In this document: piece after piece, positions 47,541 to 59,273 of the stretch | How positions within the stretch are numbered: position 1 is the first letter of the stretch | How the letters are laid out: the number at the start of each line of letters is the position of its first letter | Source of the DNA: an uncultured Acidobacteriota bacterium | GTDB lineage: Bacteria; Acidobacteriota; Vicinamibacteria; Vicinamibacterales; CAVVIG01 | Length of the DNA: 64,000 bases | Direction: 5' to 3' | Assembly (NCBI GenBank): GCA_963794305.1 | Contig: CAWCDQ010000024.1 | Location: 43,648-107,647 of the forward strand | Made by a program: the position numbers and the translations under genes | The notes under the pieces: model-generated | What the model saw: only the letters and a program-made list of their open reading frames with translations | Database searches by the model: none | Told to the model about the DNA's origin: nothing

Positions 47541-48240
47541 TCATTCGTATCGCAGCTTCGGATGCCAGGTGGTCCCGCGTCCCTCCGGCGTGAGGTCCAG
47601 CAGGTTCCAGAGCGGCCAGATCAGATCGACGTGCCGGCCATCCTGGCCGCGATCCGGCGGGAGGAACAGCAGTTCGCTGCTCCAGGTGTGATACATGCCG
47701 CCCTTTCCGCCGCGTGAAGACATTCATCGTCGGGATCTGTGCGCCGCCTTCGGTTTCGCCGTGGTAGTCGTGGTTGTAGGTATTGCCGGCGGACGACAGC
47801 AGTCGCAGGTTTCGCCAGCCCCGCCCCTGCGCAAATTCCCTGATCCGCTCGATCGGGGACTTGGCGACGACGACCATGTTCAGACGTTGCGTGACGTGGG
47901 GCGCCTGGCCGTCGAGGCCATCGAGAATCGACGTGCACGAACTGCAGGCTGACTTCATGTCCGGGCCGAACATGAAGCTGTACACGAGCAGCGTGTTCTT
48001 GTCGTCGGTAAACAGCTCCGACATGGAGACCGTCCTGCCGCCTTCGTTGAAGACATAGTTCTCCTTCAGCGCGCCGCCGGGCGGCAGCTTGCGGCGCATC
48101 GCGGCGACCGTCTCCACCTGGCGCCTCAGCGCGATCTCGGCCTTGAGCAGCTTGTCGCGCGCGGCGCGATAGGCCGGCTTTTCGTTCGGAAAGCGAGTGG
48201 AGTGCAGTCCCCGAGTCGCTCGTGCCTGCTTCTTCGCCAT
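47541..48240 (-). CDS. DUF899 family (thioredoxin-like) protein, frameshifted
   Basis: ARDKLLKAE, LLVYSFMFGP..ACSSC, LLDLTPEGR. Confidence 0.9.
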
Positions 48241-48242
48241 GT

Positions 48243-49821
48243 CTACCTCCGATCCGGTGTCACCACGCGTCCGCCCATCTTGCCCGTGAAAGCGTCAGCG
48301 TCCTTCTCGATGATGCCGTTCACCAGGACGTAGTCCATGCCCTCGGACAGCTGGTGCGGTTCCAGGTAGGTGGCCGCGTCCCGCACCTTCGCGGGATCGA
48401 AAATCAACACGTCGGCCCATGCGCCCGGACGCAGGGTTCCGCGATCCTTCAAGCCGAAGACGCCCGCGGGCAGGCTCGTCATCGAGCGGATCGCGAACGG
48501 CAGATCGATGGTGCCGCGCTCGTTCACGTAGACATGGATCTTCCGCGCGAACGCGCCGTTGCCGCGGGGATGCGGCTTGCCCTGACCGAAGGGAACCAGG
48601 TCGCCGTCCGTGCATGTCATGGTGAACGGTCTGCCGCATGATCAGCTCGATGTCGCCTTCCGTCATGTTGAAGGACACGAGGCTCGCGTCGCCCTTCAGC
48701 AGGAGCTCCATGGCCGTCTCGTCGGCAGGCTTGCCGAGCGCCTTCGCGACCTGCGCGAGCGACTGGCCTTCATACGACGGGTTCGGCGCATAGCGTGAGA
48801 TCACGAGCTTCTCCGGGCCGCCGCGCCGCTCGAAGTTGCGGCGGATGTCGGCCGCGAGCCGGTCGTGGTCCGCGCCCTGAATCCGTCCGAGCAGCTCGTT
48901 GCGGCCGCCGACCTCCGCCCAACGCGGGATGAGCGCGCCGACGATGCCGGTGCCGCTCGCGTCGTAGGGATACTGATCCGCGTACACCTCGACACCGCGA
49001 TCGCGCGCCTGCTTGATCCGCTCCACGAGCGCCATCGACAGTCCCCAGCTCGCCGGCCCGAGCGCTTTCATGTGCGCCACGATGCCCGGCAAGTGGCCTT
49101 CTTCCGCGATCCGAATCACTTCCTGCACGGCGCCGACGACGCCGATGTTGTAGTCGGCCTCGTCGCGGATGTGGCTTTCGTAGACGCCGCCCATCTCGCC
49201 GACGACCTTCGCGATCGCGATCACCTCTTCGGTCTTCGCATAGCTGCCTGGCGCGTAGTACAGGCCCGACGACAGTCCGATGCCCCCGGCTTCCATGCCA
49301 TTTCTGGCCATCGCGATCATCCGGTCGAGCTCGGCCGCCGTCGGCGCTCGATCGGCCATGCCGACGATCTCGCGACGAATGGCTCCATGCGGAACGTACA
49401 GCGCCACGTTCACGCCGACGCCTCGCTGCTCGAAGCCGGCGCGCTGCGTCCGCAGATCCGGCGTGCCGCCGCCGTCCGGGTTCAACGCGACCGTGGTGAT
49501 GCCTTGCGCAATCAGCTGGCGCGCCTCCTTCAGGGATCCTTCGAGCCCCTGGGACGCATGCGAATGCACGTCGATGAAACCGGGCGATACCGTTCGTCCC
49601 TGGGCATCGATCACACGGGACGCCGCGGCGTTTCCGAGGCGGCCCATGTCCACGATCCGTCCACCGCGGATGCCGATGTCGGTGGCGATCCACGGGTTGC
49701 CGCTTCCGTCGAGCACGCGGCCGTTGCGAATCAGAACGTCGTAAGACGCCGGACTTTGTGTGAAGGGCGAGGCTGTGAACGCGAGCAGAATGAGGGCGAA
49801 GAGGATGAGCCGTGTCCGCAC
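48243..49821 (-). CDS. N-acyl-D-amino-acid deacylase (D-aminoacylase) family, frameshifted
   Basis: PGFIDVHSH, SGLYYAPG, SHIRDE, ADQYPY, HPRGNG. Confidence 0.9.
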
Positions 49822-49850
49822 GGCGTCATTCTTGCTCAAACACGACTGGG

Positions 49851-50846
49851 ATGGCGAAACGGAAGATCTCGACTGTCGGCGGTCTGCGCCACGTGTCCGA
49901 CGGGCAAACCACCGGAATCAGACGCGTGGGCACCCCGGGTCGATTTCGTTACGTGCGCCCGAACGGCCGCCCGGTTGGCGCGGCCGAGCTGAAGCGCATC
50001 AAGGCGCTTGTCATCCCGCCCGCGTGGACCGACGTCTGGATCTGCCCTGATGCGCGCGGGCATCTGCAGGCGACCGGCCGGGATGCACGCGGCCGCAAAC
50101 AGTATCGCTATCACGCGCGCTTCCGCCGGATGCGCGACGAGGTGAAGTACAACCGCCTGCCGGCCTTTGCCCAGGCCCTGCGCCGAATTCGCCGGCGCAC
50201 CGCGGCCGACGTTCGCAAGGCCGGGCTTCCTCGAGTGAAGGTGCTCGCGGCTGCCGTCCAGCTCCTCGAGAAGACCCTGATCCGCATCGGCAACGAGGAA
50301 TACGCGCGCGCGAACGGGTCGGTCGGGCTCACGACGATGCGCGATCGCCACGCGAGAATCGATGGCGCGTCGGTTCGATTCGAGTTTCGCGGCAAGAGTG
50401 GCATCTCGCACGCCGTCGATCTTCACGACGCTCGCCTCGCGCGCATCGTCAAGGCGTGCCGCGATCTGCCCGGGCATGAGCTGTTCCAGTACGTCGACGA
50501 GCAAGGCGAGCGGCAGACGATCGGCTCCGACGATGTGAACGCGTACCTGCGCGAGGTGAGCGGCGACGACTTCACCGCCAAGGACTTCCGCACCTGGGCC
50601 GGGACCGTGCTGGCCGCGCAGGCCCTCGCGCGCCTTGCGCGGTTCACGTCGCATACGGAAGCCAGACGGAACGTGACGCGGGCGATTGCGTGCGTCGCCG
50701 ATCGGCTCGGCAACACCAGGGCGGTGTGCCGCAAGGCGTACATCCACCCCGCGGTCGTGGCGGCCTACATGGACGGCAGACCGATGGCGACCGACGAGGC
50801 CGGAGTCGCCGCGATGATCGGCCGGCGCCGACCTCATTACGTATAA
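49851..50846 (+). CDS. Bacterial DNA topoisomerase IB
   Basis: IPPAWTDVWI, GRDARGRKQYRYH, IRIGNEEY, FRGKSG, AKDFRTW, LGNTRAVCRKAYIHP. Confidence 0.93.
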   Translation: MAKRKISTVGGLRHVSDGQTTGIRRVGTPGRFRYVRPNGRPVGAAELKRIKALVIPPAWTDVWICPDARGHLQATGRDARGRKQYRYHARFRRMRDEVKYNRLPAFAQALRRIRRRTAADVRKAGLPRVKVLAAAVQLLEKTLIRIGNEEYARANGSVGLTTMRDRHARIDGASVRFEFRGKSGISHAVDLHDARLARIVKACRDLPGHELFQYVDEQGERQTIGSDDVNAYLREVSGDDFTAKDFRTWAGTVLAAQALARLARFTSHTEARRNVTRAIACVADRLGNTRAVCRKAYIHPAVVAAYMDGRPMATDEAGVAAMIGRRRPHYV

Positions 50847-50854
50847 TCAGCGCG

Positions 50855-53239
50855 ATGCCTCGCGCGACGTCGGCGGTTGGTCGCAACGTGCTCCGGAAGG
50901 AAGGCTCGTTGAAGACCGCCGGCTCAGCGAAGTACATCGACGACATCACGTTCCCGGACATCCTCCACGGGCGCACGATCCGCTCGACGATTCCCGCCGG
51001 TGAGATCTCGTCGATCCGCTGCAACTTCGACACGGCCGGTTTCACCATCGTCGACGTCCGCGATATTCCTGGGCGCAACGTTGTCGCGCTGATCGAAGAC
51101 GATCAGCCCTGTCTGGCGGAGCGCGCGATACGGCATTTCGCGGAACCGATCCTGCTGCTGGCCCACGAGGATCGCGACAGGCTGCATGCAGCCGACGTCC
51201 AGATCGAATACGTGCCGTCGACGCCGCTCTACGACGCAGAGGCGTCGCCCACCGTGTTCAAGACGATCAGCATCGAGAAAGGCAGCGTCGCCGACGGCTT
51301 CGCGCTCGCCGACCACGTGATCGAGGGCGAATACCGGATGGGGCATCAGGAGCAGCTCTACATCGAGCCGAACGGGGTCATCGCCGTGCCGGGCAACGGG
51401 GTACCGGACGACGTCGACGGGATCACGGTGTACGGATCGATGCAGTGCCCGTACTACGTGCACCGCGCGCTGATGGTGTTGCTCGGCCTTCCCGGCGACA
51501 AGGTTCGGGTGGTCCAGACGGAGACGGGCGGCGGCTTCGGCGGCAAGGAGGAATACCCGTCGATGATCGCCGGCCACGCGGCGCTGCTCGCCAGGAAAGC
51601 CGGGCGGCCGGTGAAGCTGATCTACGACCGCGTCGAGGACATGGTGGCGACGACCAAGCGCCATCCGGCGATCATTCGGCACAGGACCGGCGTCACGCGC
51701 GACGGCAGGCTCACGGCGATCGACATCGACGCGGTGTTCGACGGCGGCGCCTATGCGACGCTGAGCGCCGTCGTCCTGTCTCGCGGCGTGATTCACGCGA
51801 GCGGTCCCTATCGCTGCGACCACATCCGGATCCACGGCCGCGCGACGATGACCAACACGCCGCCCAACGGGGCGTTCCGCGGGTTCGGCGCGCCGCAGAC
51901 GCAGTTCGCGGCCGAGGTCCACATGGATCGGATCGCCGCCCAACTTGGCCTCGATCCCGTTCGCCTGCGCGAAATCAATGCCTTGCGACCCGGCGACACC
52001 ACGGCCACCGGTCAGCGCCTCGGCAAGGACTGCAGCGCCCTCCAGGTGCTGCGCGACGCCGTGAAGCGGACCGGGTTCAGGAAACGCAGGCGGGAGATAG
52101 CGCTCGCGAATCGTCTGGCGTCATCGCCACGAAACCGGAGCGGGACAGCCGCAGGCCATCAGCCGCTGCGGGGAATCGGTCTCTCTCTCTTTTTTCATGG
52201 CTCGGGGTTCACCGGCGGCGGCGAGGTCAAGCTGGCGTCGAAGGCGTCGCTGGCCCTCACCGACCGCGGCGCTCGCGTGCTCGTTGCGAGCACCGAGATC
52301 GGTCAGGGCACGCGGACGATGCACGCGCAGATTGTCGCCGACACGCTCGGCCTTCCTTACGACTGCATCGACGTCAATGCGGCCGATACGGCAGCCGTCC
52401 CCGACAGCGGGCCGACGGTGGCCTCGCGGACGTGCATGGTGGTGGGGCGCATCCTGCAGCGCTGCGCGGAAGAGATGAAGGAGCGGCTCGGCGCGCTGAC
52501 GCCGAAGGAATATCTCCGGCTGCACGGCCCGCTCGTGATCACGAAGGAGTACGAACGGCCCGGCGAGATGACCTGGGACGACGCCAGCTATCGCGGCGAT
52601 GCGTATGGCAGCTATGGGTGGGGCTGCGACGTCGTGGAACTCGCCGTCGACCGCGACACCTGGGAGGTGCAGCCGGTTTCGTTTCTCACGGTCCACGAGA
52701 TTGGCCGGGCGATTCATCCCATGCTCGCCACCGGGCAAATCGAAGGCGGCAGCGCGCAGGGGCTCGGCTACGCCCTGCTCGAGGAGGTCGTGATGCGCGA
52801 GGGCCGGATGGCCAACGCGTCGCTGACCAACTACATCATCCCGACCACGCTCGACTCGCCCGAGATGAAGGTCTTCATGCTGGAGAACCCGTACGCGCAC
52901 GGTCCCTTTGGCGCGAAGGGTGTCGGAGAGATGCCCATCGACGGTCCGGCGCCGGCGGTCGTCAACGCGCTGCGTCACGCGGGCTTCGATGTCCGCGCGA
53001 TTCCGGCGACGCCGGAGCGCATCATGGCGGCGTCGCCGGCTGCGCCGGCTCCACCGAAACAAAGGACACAAAGGAGACAAGGACACGAAGGAAAGGCAGT
53101 CGCCGTTGACCTCTGTGTCCTTTGTGTCCTTTGTGTTGAATGGCCGGCGCAGGAAGCTCGCTGTTCATCCGATGCGACGGCTGCTCGACGTGCTGCGCGA
53201 GGAATGCGCGCTGACCGGAACAAAGGAAGGGTGCGGTGA
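50855..53239 (+). CDS. Xanthine dehydrogenase family molybdopterin-binding subunit (conserved part ends near 53040)
   Basis: QEQLYIEP, GGGFGGKE, AFRGFGAPQ, EIGQG, GQIEGG, GAKGVGE. Confidence 0.92.
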   Translation: MPRATSAVGRNVLRKEGSLKTAGSAKYIDDITFPDILHGRTIRSTIPAGEISSIRCNFDTAGFTIVDVRDIPGRNVVALIEDDQPCLAERAIRHFAEPILLLAHEDRDRLHAADVQIEYVPSTPLYDAEASPTVFKTISIEKGSVADGFALADHVIEGEYRMGHQEQLYIEPNGVIAVPGNGVPDDVDGITVYGSMQCPYYVHRALMVLLGLPGDKVRVVQTETGGGFGGKEEYPSMIAGHAALLARKAGRPVKLIYDRVEDMVATTKRHPAIIRHRTGVTRDGRLTAIDIDAVFDGGAYATLSAVVLSRGVIHASGPYRCDHIRIHGRATMTNTPPNGAFRGFGAPQTQFAAEVHMDRIAAQLGLDPVRLREINALRPGDTTATGQRLGKDCSALQVLRDAVKRTGFRKRRREIALANRLASSPRNRSGTAAGHQPLRGIGLSLFFHGSGFTGGGEVKLASKASLALTDRGARVLVASTEIGQGTRTMHAQIVADTLGLPYDCIDVNAADTAAVPDSGPTVASRTCMVVGRILQRCAEEMKERLGALTPKEYLRLHGPLVITKEYERPGEMTWDDASYRGDAYGSYGWGCDVVELAVDRDTWEVQPVSFLTVHEIGRAIHPMLATGQIEGGSAQGLGYALLEEVVMREGRMANASLTNYIIPTTLDSPEMKVFMLENPYAHGPFGAKGVGEMPIDGPAPAVVNALRHAGFDVRAIPATPERIMAASPAAPAPPKQRTQRRQGHEGKAVAVDLCVLCVLCVEWPAQEARCSSDATAARRAARGMRADRNKGRVR
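53057..53137. repeat. 9-nt periodic ACACAAAGG/CCTTTGTGT hairpin at the Mo-subunit/2Fe-2S junction
   Basis: acaaaggacacaaaggagacaaggacac...ctctgtgtcctttgtgtcctttgtgtt. Confidence 0.8.
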
Positions 53240-53645
53240 AGGGGAGTGCGGCGCGTGCACGGTGTTGATCGACGGCGTTCCCGTGAACTCGTGCCTTGTC
53301 CCGGTCGCGCAGGTGGCAGGAAGGCGCGTGACGACGATTGAAGGGCTGAACGGCCGGCATCCGCTTCAGCACGCCTTCGTGGAACACGGCGGCGCGCAGT
53401 GCGGCATCTGCACGCCCGGAATGATCCTGGCCGCCGTGGCGCTCGGCAAGAATCCGACAATCGATCAAATGAAGACCGGCCTCGCCGGCAATCTGTGTCG
53501 ATGCACTGGCTACTCGGCGATCTATCGATCGATCGAAGCGGCTGGCATTAACCGCAGAGTCCGCGGAGCACGCGGATCAAGAAATCTTCAACGATCAGCT
53601 GGTCAAAAGCGTCGAATCAACAAGAACGCTCGGAGAAAGGCGTGA
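53106..53645 (+). CDS. XDH family 2Fe-2S subunit
   Basis: GTKEGCGEGECGACTV, QCGICTPG, GNLCRCTGY. Confidence 0.92.
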   Translation: MTSVSFVSFVLNGRRRKLAVHPMRRLLDVLREECALTGTKEGCGEGECGACTVLIDGVPVNSCLVPVAQVAGRRVTTIEGLNGRHPLQHAFVEHGGAQCGICTPGMILAAVALGKNPTIDQMKTGLAGNLCRCTGYSAIYRSIEAAGINRRVRGARGSRNLQRSAGQKRRINKNARRKA

Positions 53646-54123
53646 TCGTGATCTGTCACTGCTCTTGCAGCCCCGCCTCGCATGGAACACACCGCGAGCG
53701 CGTTGAACAAGCTGACCGAGCAGATCATCGGAGCCGCCATCCACGTGCATCGGACGCTGGGCCCGGGATTGCTGGAATCGGCGTACGAAGCCTGCCTGCA
53801 TCAGGAGTTGGTCACTCGAGGAATGGCGGTCGAGAGACAGAAACCTCTCCCGCTCTCATACGGCGATGTCGCTCTGGACTGCGTCTACCGGATGGATATG
53901 GTGGTCGAGAACGCCGTGGTCGTGGAGGTGAAGTCGGTCACCAAGCTCGATCGGGTGCACGAAGCGCAGCTGCTGTCGTATCTCAAACTGTCGAAGAAGT
54001 GTGTCGGTCTCATGATCAATTTCAACGTCAACGTGCTGACGGAAAATGGAATCAAGCGCCGTGTGAACGGTTTTCCCGAGTAGTCCGTCGTCTCAGCGGG
54101 CTCGGCGGGCTCCGCGGTTAATG
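53546..54123 (+). mobile_element. Candidate element: GxxExxY gene bounded by 31-bp imperfect inverted repeats
   Basis: Left cattaaccgcagagtccgcggagcacgcgga vs reverse complement of right cattaaccgcggagcccgccgagcccgctga (26/31 identical); interrupts the XDH subunit genes. Confidence 0.6.
53682..54083 (+). CDS. GxxExxY protein (PD-(D/E)XK-like)
   Basis: IIGAAIHVHRTLGPGLLESAYE, YRMDMVVE, VEVK, HEAQLLSYLK, GLMINF. Confidence 0.93.
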   Translation: MEHTASALNKLTEQIIGAAIHVHRTLGPGLLESAYEACLHQELVTRGMAVERQKPLPLSYGDVALDCVYRMDMVVENAVVVEVKSVTKLDRVHEAQLLSYLKLSKKCVGLMINFNVNVLTENGIKRRVNGFPE

Positions 54124-54126
54124 TAG

Positions 54127-55006
54127 ATGGCTGTGTCGATATCACACCGCACGCTGCTCGAGCCCAGGTCGCTCGCTGGCGCCTTGAAGATGCTGCGCGA
54201 CGAGGGGCCGCTCGTGCCGATGGCGGGCTGTACCGACCTCTTCGTCTCGCTCAATTTCGGCACGTTGAAGGACACGCGCTTCCTGAACCTGTGGGCGCTC
54301 GACGCGCTCCGGGCGATCGAGATGCGGAACGGCCTGCTCTTCATCGGCGCGCTGGCGACGTATACCGATCTCATCCGATCCCCGCTCGTTCGTCGTCGAA
54401 TCCCCATGCTGGCCGCCGCGGCGCGCGAGGTCGGAGGCGTGCAGATTCAGAATCGCGGAACGCTCGGCGGCAACGTCGCCAACGCCTCGCCGGCTGGCGA
54501 CACGTTGCCGGTGCTCGCCGCCGCCGAGGCGGTCGTCGTGCTCCGCAGCGCGGCCGCTTCGCGCCGCGTACCGTTCGCCGCGTTCTACACGGGATACCGC
54601 CAGTCGGTCAGACGTCCGGACGAGCTGATCGTCGGGTTCGAAATTCCCGCGATCGGCGGCGAACAGTGGTTCCGAAAAGTCGGGACGCGCGCGGCGCAAG
54701 CCATTTCGAAAGTCGTCGTGGCCGCAGTGGCGCCTTCCGCTTCCACGCGCGGCAGGCGCCGGGCCGGCGGTTCAGGGCGATCTCGACGGCGCCGTGCGGA
54801 TCGCTCTGGGCAGCGTCGGCCCAACCGTCGTGCGGGCGGTGCGAACCGAAGAGGCGCTGGCGGGCGGCGCCTCCCTCGTCGATGCGCAGCGCATTCTCGT
54901 CGAGGAGATCGCGCCAATCGACGACATTCGCTCCACGGCCGAGTACCGCCGGCGCGTCGCGTCCAACCTCCTCGCGCGGTTTTGGACCGACACGCAACGC
55001 AGGTAG
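54127..55006 (+). CDS. XDH family FAD-binding subunit, frameshift near 54770
   Basis: AGCTDL, QIQNRGTLGGNVANASPAGD, PIDDIRSTAEYR. Confidence 0.92.
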
Positions 55007-55040
55007 AATAATCCTCGCCCCCGTCACTCGACCTTCCTGA

Positions 55041-56291
55041 ATGAGAGCCGCCGTCGTCTGCCTCGGAGACCTGGGACGCAGCGCCCGCATGCGGTACCAC
55101 GCGCACGCGCTGGCGCGCAACGGCGTCGACGTCGACCTCGTCGGCCTCGAAGGGACGCCGCTCCCTCAGGCGATCGCGGAAGAATCCCGCATCAAGGTCC
55201 ACCGCCTGGAGAACCCGCGACTGAAAATCCGCGGAGACCTGATCGGCTCGCCGTACGCCGTGGCCGGGCTGTTCGACGCGATGCGCATCGGCTTCCGGCT
55301 CTGGCGCATCCTGCGGACGCTGCCCCGGCCGGATCTGGTGCTCGTCCAGAATCCGCCTGCCTTTCCGACGCTGGCGGTCAGCTGGTTCGCGCTGAGGCGT
55401 CGCGGCGTGCGGTTCGTCATCGACTGGCACAACCTCGGCTACACCCTGCTGCAATTGCGGCTGGGCCGGTGGCACCCGGCGGTGCGGCTCGCGCGCTGGT
55501 ACGAGCGGCGCGATGCGCGAGTCGTCGATGCGAACCTCTGCGTGTCGCGCGGGCTCGCGGCGTTCCTGGAGAGCCGCTTCGGCGTGACGCATGCGCAGGT
55601 GCTGTACGACCGTCCGGCGTCCGCGTTCGCGCCAATCGATCGCGCCGAGCGCGAACGCTTCCGGCAGGCGTTGTTCGCGCGGCTCGGGATCCGGGCGAAC
55701 ACCGTCGGGTTCATCGTGTGTCCCACGAGCTGGACGGAGGACGAGGATTTCGACGTCGTCATCGAAACGGTGATGCGTCTGGAGGAGCGCATTCGCGGCT
55801 GGGAAGCCGGCGAATCCGGCCGGCGCTTTCCGGATCTCGTGATTCTGGTGACCGGCGACGGCGCGCGACGCGCGGAGTTCGAGCGGCGCTTTGCCGGCCT
55901 GCCGGCGCGACGCATTCAGCTGCGCGCGCGCTTTCTCGAGCCCGAGGACTATCCGCGCGTGGTCGGCAGCGCGGATCTGGGTCTGTGTCTCCATCGCTCA
56001 TCGTCGGGGCTCGACATCCCGATGAAGATTGCCGATCTGTTCGGTGCCGGCGTGCCGGTCTGCGCGCTGGACTACGGCGCGTGCCTGGCGGAGCGGGTGC
56101 GCCACGGCGACAACGGTCTCCTCTTCTCGAACGGGCGCCAGCTCGCCGACATCCTCTTCGAGCTCTTCGAGGCGTTCCCCGCGGATCAGAAAGCGCTCGA
56201 GCGCTTGCGGACCGGCGCCCGCAAGCTCGCGCGGCCGACCTGGGAAGAAGGCTGGACGCGCGAAGCCCGCCCGGTGCTGCTCCCGCAGTAG
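55041..56291 (+). CDS. ALG1-like (GT33) beta-1,4-mannosyltransferase homologue
   Basis: LGDLGRSARMRYHA, QNPPAFP, IDWHNLGY, TSWTEDEDF, DYPRVVGSADLGLCLHRSSSGLDIPMK. Confidence 0.85.
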   Translation: MRAAVVCLGDLGRSARMRYHAHALARNGVDVDLVGLEGTPLPQAIAEESRIKVHRLENPRLKIRGDLIGSPYAVAGLFDAMRIGFRLWRILRTLPRPDLVLVQNPPAFPTLAVSWFALRRRGVRFVIDWHNLGYTLLQLRLGRWHPAVRLARWYERRDARVVDANLCVSRGLAAFLESRFGVTHAQVLYDRPASAFAPIDRAERERFRQALFARLGIRANTVGFIVCPTSWTEDEDFDVVIETVMRLEERIRGWEAGESGRRFPDLVILVTGDGARRAEFERRFAGLPARRIQLRARFLEPEDYPRVVGSADLGLCLHRSSSGLDIPMKIADLFGAGVPVCALDYGACLAERVRHGDNGLLFSNGRQLADILFELFEAFPADQKALERLRTGARKLARPTWEEGWTREARPVLLPQ

Positions 56292-56324
56292 CTATAATGG
56301 GCGCCGTTTCAAGGGCTCTAGCCG

Positions 56325-57708
<1,384 letters not shown>

Positions 57709-57733
57709 GGCAGCCCTTCGAGTGCCCATCTAG

Positions 57734-59273
57734 ATGCCGTTCGTCGAATCGGTGCTAGTCGTCCGCAGCAACCGCATCGTCCTGCCGGAAGGGGAGCGGT
57801 CTGCCGCGCTGCACATCTCCGGCGGCGTCATCGAACGGATCGTCGAATACGCAAGCGAAGACCCGACCGGCGCGAGAGTGTTCAACGTGCCCGACCTGGT
57901 GATCTCGCCGGGCCTGGTCGACACGCACGTGCACATCAACGAGCCGGGGCGTACCGAGTGGGAAGGCTTCGATACGGCCACGCGGGCCGCGGCGTGCGGC
58001 GGCGTCACGACACTCGTCGACATGCCGCTCAACAGCGTGCCGGCGACCACCTGCGTCGCCGGACTGCACGCGAAGATGCGGGCGGCACGGGCACAGTGTC
58101 ATGTCGACGTGGGATTCTGGGGCGGTGTCGTTCCGGGGAATGCGGCGGAGCTCGATCCGCTGATCGACGCCGGCGTGCGCGGGTTCAAGTGCTTTCTCGT
58201 GCCGTCCGGCGTCGACGAATTTCCGCCGGTTACGGAGGACGACCTGCGCCGTGCGCTGCCCATTCTCGCGCGCCGCAACATGCCGCTGCTGGTGCACGCC
58301 GAACTCATTGCGGATCGCGGATTGCGGACTGCGGATTCGACTCCGCAACCCGATCCGCAATCCAATCCGCAATCCGCAATCCACAACCCGCAATACGCCT
58401 CGTACCTCGCCTCCCGTCCGGCGGGGATGGAGCTGGACGCCATCCGCCTGCTGATCCGGCTGGCCGAGGAATTCCGGACGCGCATTCACGTCGTGCACGT
58501 GTCGTCGGCCGAAGGCGCCGCGGCGATTGCCGGCGCCAAGGCGGCCTGGGTGCCGATCACCGCGGAGACGTGTCCTCACTACCTGACGTTCGCGGCCGAC
58601 GAGATCCCCGACGGCGCCACGCAGTTCAAGTGCGCGCCTCCGATTCGTGAGGCGTCGCATCGCCAGGCGCTGTGGGAGCGACTGGCGAGCGGGGCGCTGG
58701 ATTTGATCGCCACCGATCACTCGCCCTCTCCGCCCGCGCTCAAGACGCCCGGCGATTTCTCGACCGCATGGGGCGGGATCGCGTCGATGGAGCTGTCGCT
58801 GCCCGCCGTCTGGACCGCGTACCGTGAGGCTGTCGCGCGGGGCGTTCCAACGTCGGTCACGCAGACGTCTGCATCCGGCGCGGCCAGCGACGATCGCTCC
58901 GCTGGGCATGCGGCTGCCGGTCGCACCCGCGACGAGCGGGACGAAGCGTGGGCTCGCGGCGCCGGCGCTGCCCGCCGCGGCGCAGACGGCTGCGCGCGTC
59001 GACCTCGCCCGATGGATGAGCTCGGCCCCGGCGGCGCTCGCGGGACTCGGCCATCGAAAGGGGCGCATCGCCGAGGGGCTGGATGCCGATCTGGTCGTAT
59101 GGGATCCGGATCTGGAATTCTGTGTCGAGTCTTCGCGGCTGCAGCAGCGTCACAAGCTGACGCCGTACGCCGGGCGATGGCTGTTCGGGACGGTGCTCAC
59201 CACGTTCGTGCGCGGCGAGCGTGTGTGGGACAAGAACAGGCTGACGCGAGCCTACGGCGGCCAGCTGCTATGA
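57734..59273 (+). CDS. allB: Allantoinase, with insertions and a frameshift
   Basis: DTHVHINEPGRTEWEGF, DMPLNS, ETCPHYL, FKCAPPIR, AWGGIAS, HKLTPY. Confidence 0.92.
58307..58394. repeat. ATTGCGG/CCGCAAT 7-nt periodic hairpin in frame within allB
   Basis: attgcggatcgcggattgcggactgcgga...aatccgcaatccgcaatccacaacccgcaat. Confidence 0.85.

Noticed and set aside
49851-50846. Topoisomerase IB as a phage/virus or integrase marker
   Set aside because: Typical bacterial TopIB; no att sites or phage genes nearby.
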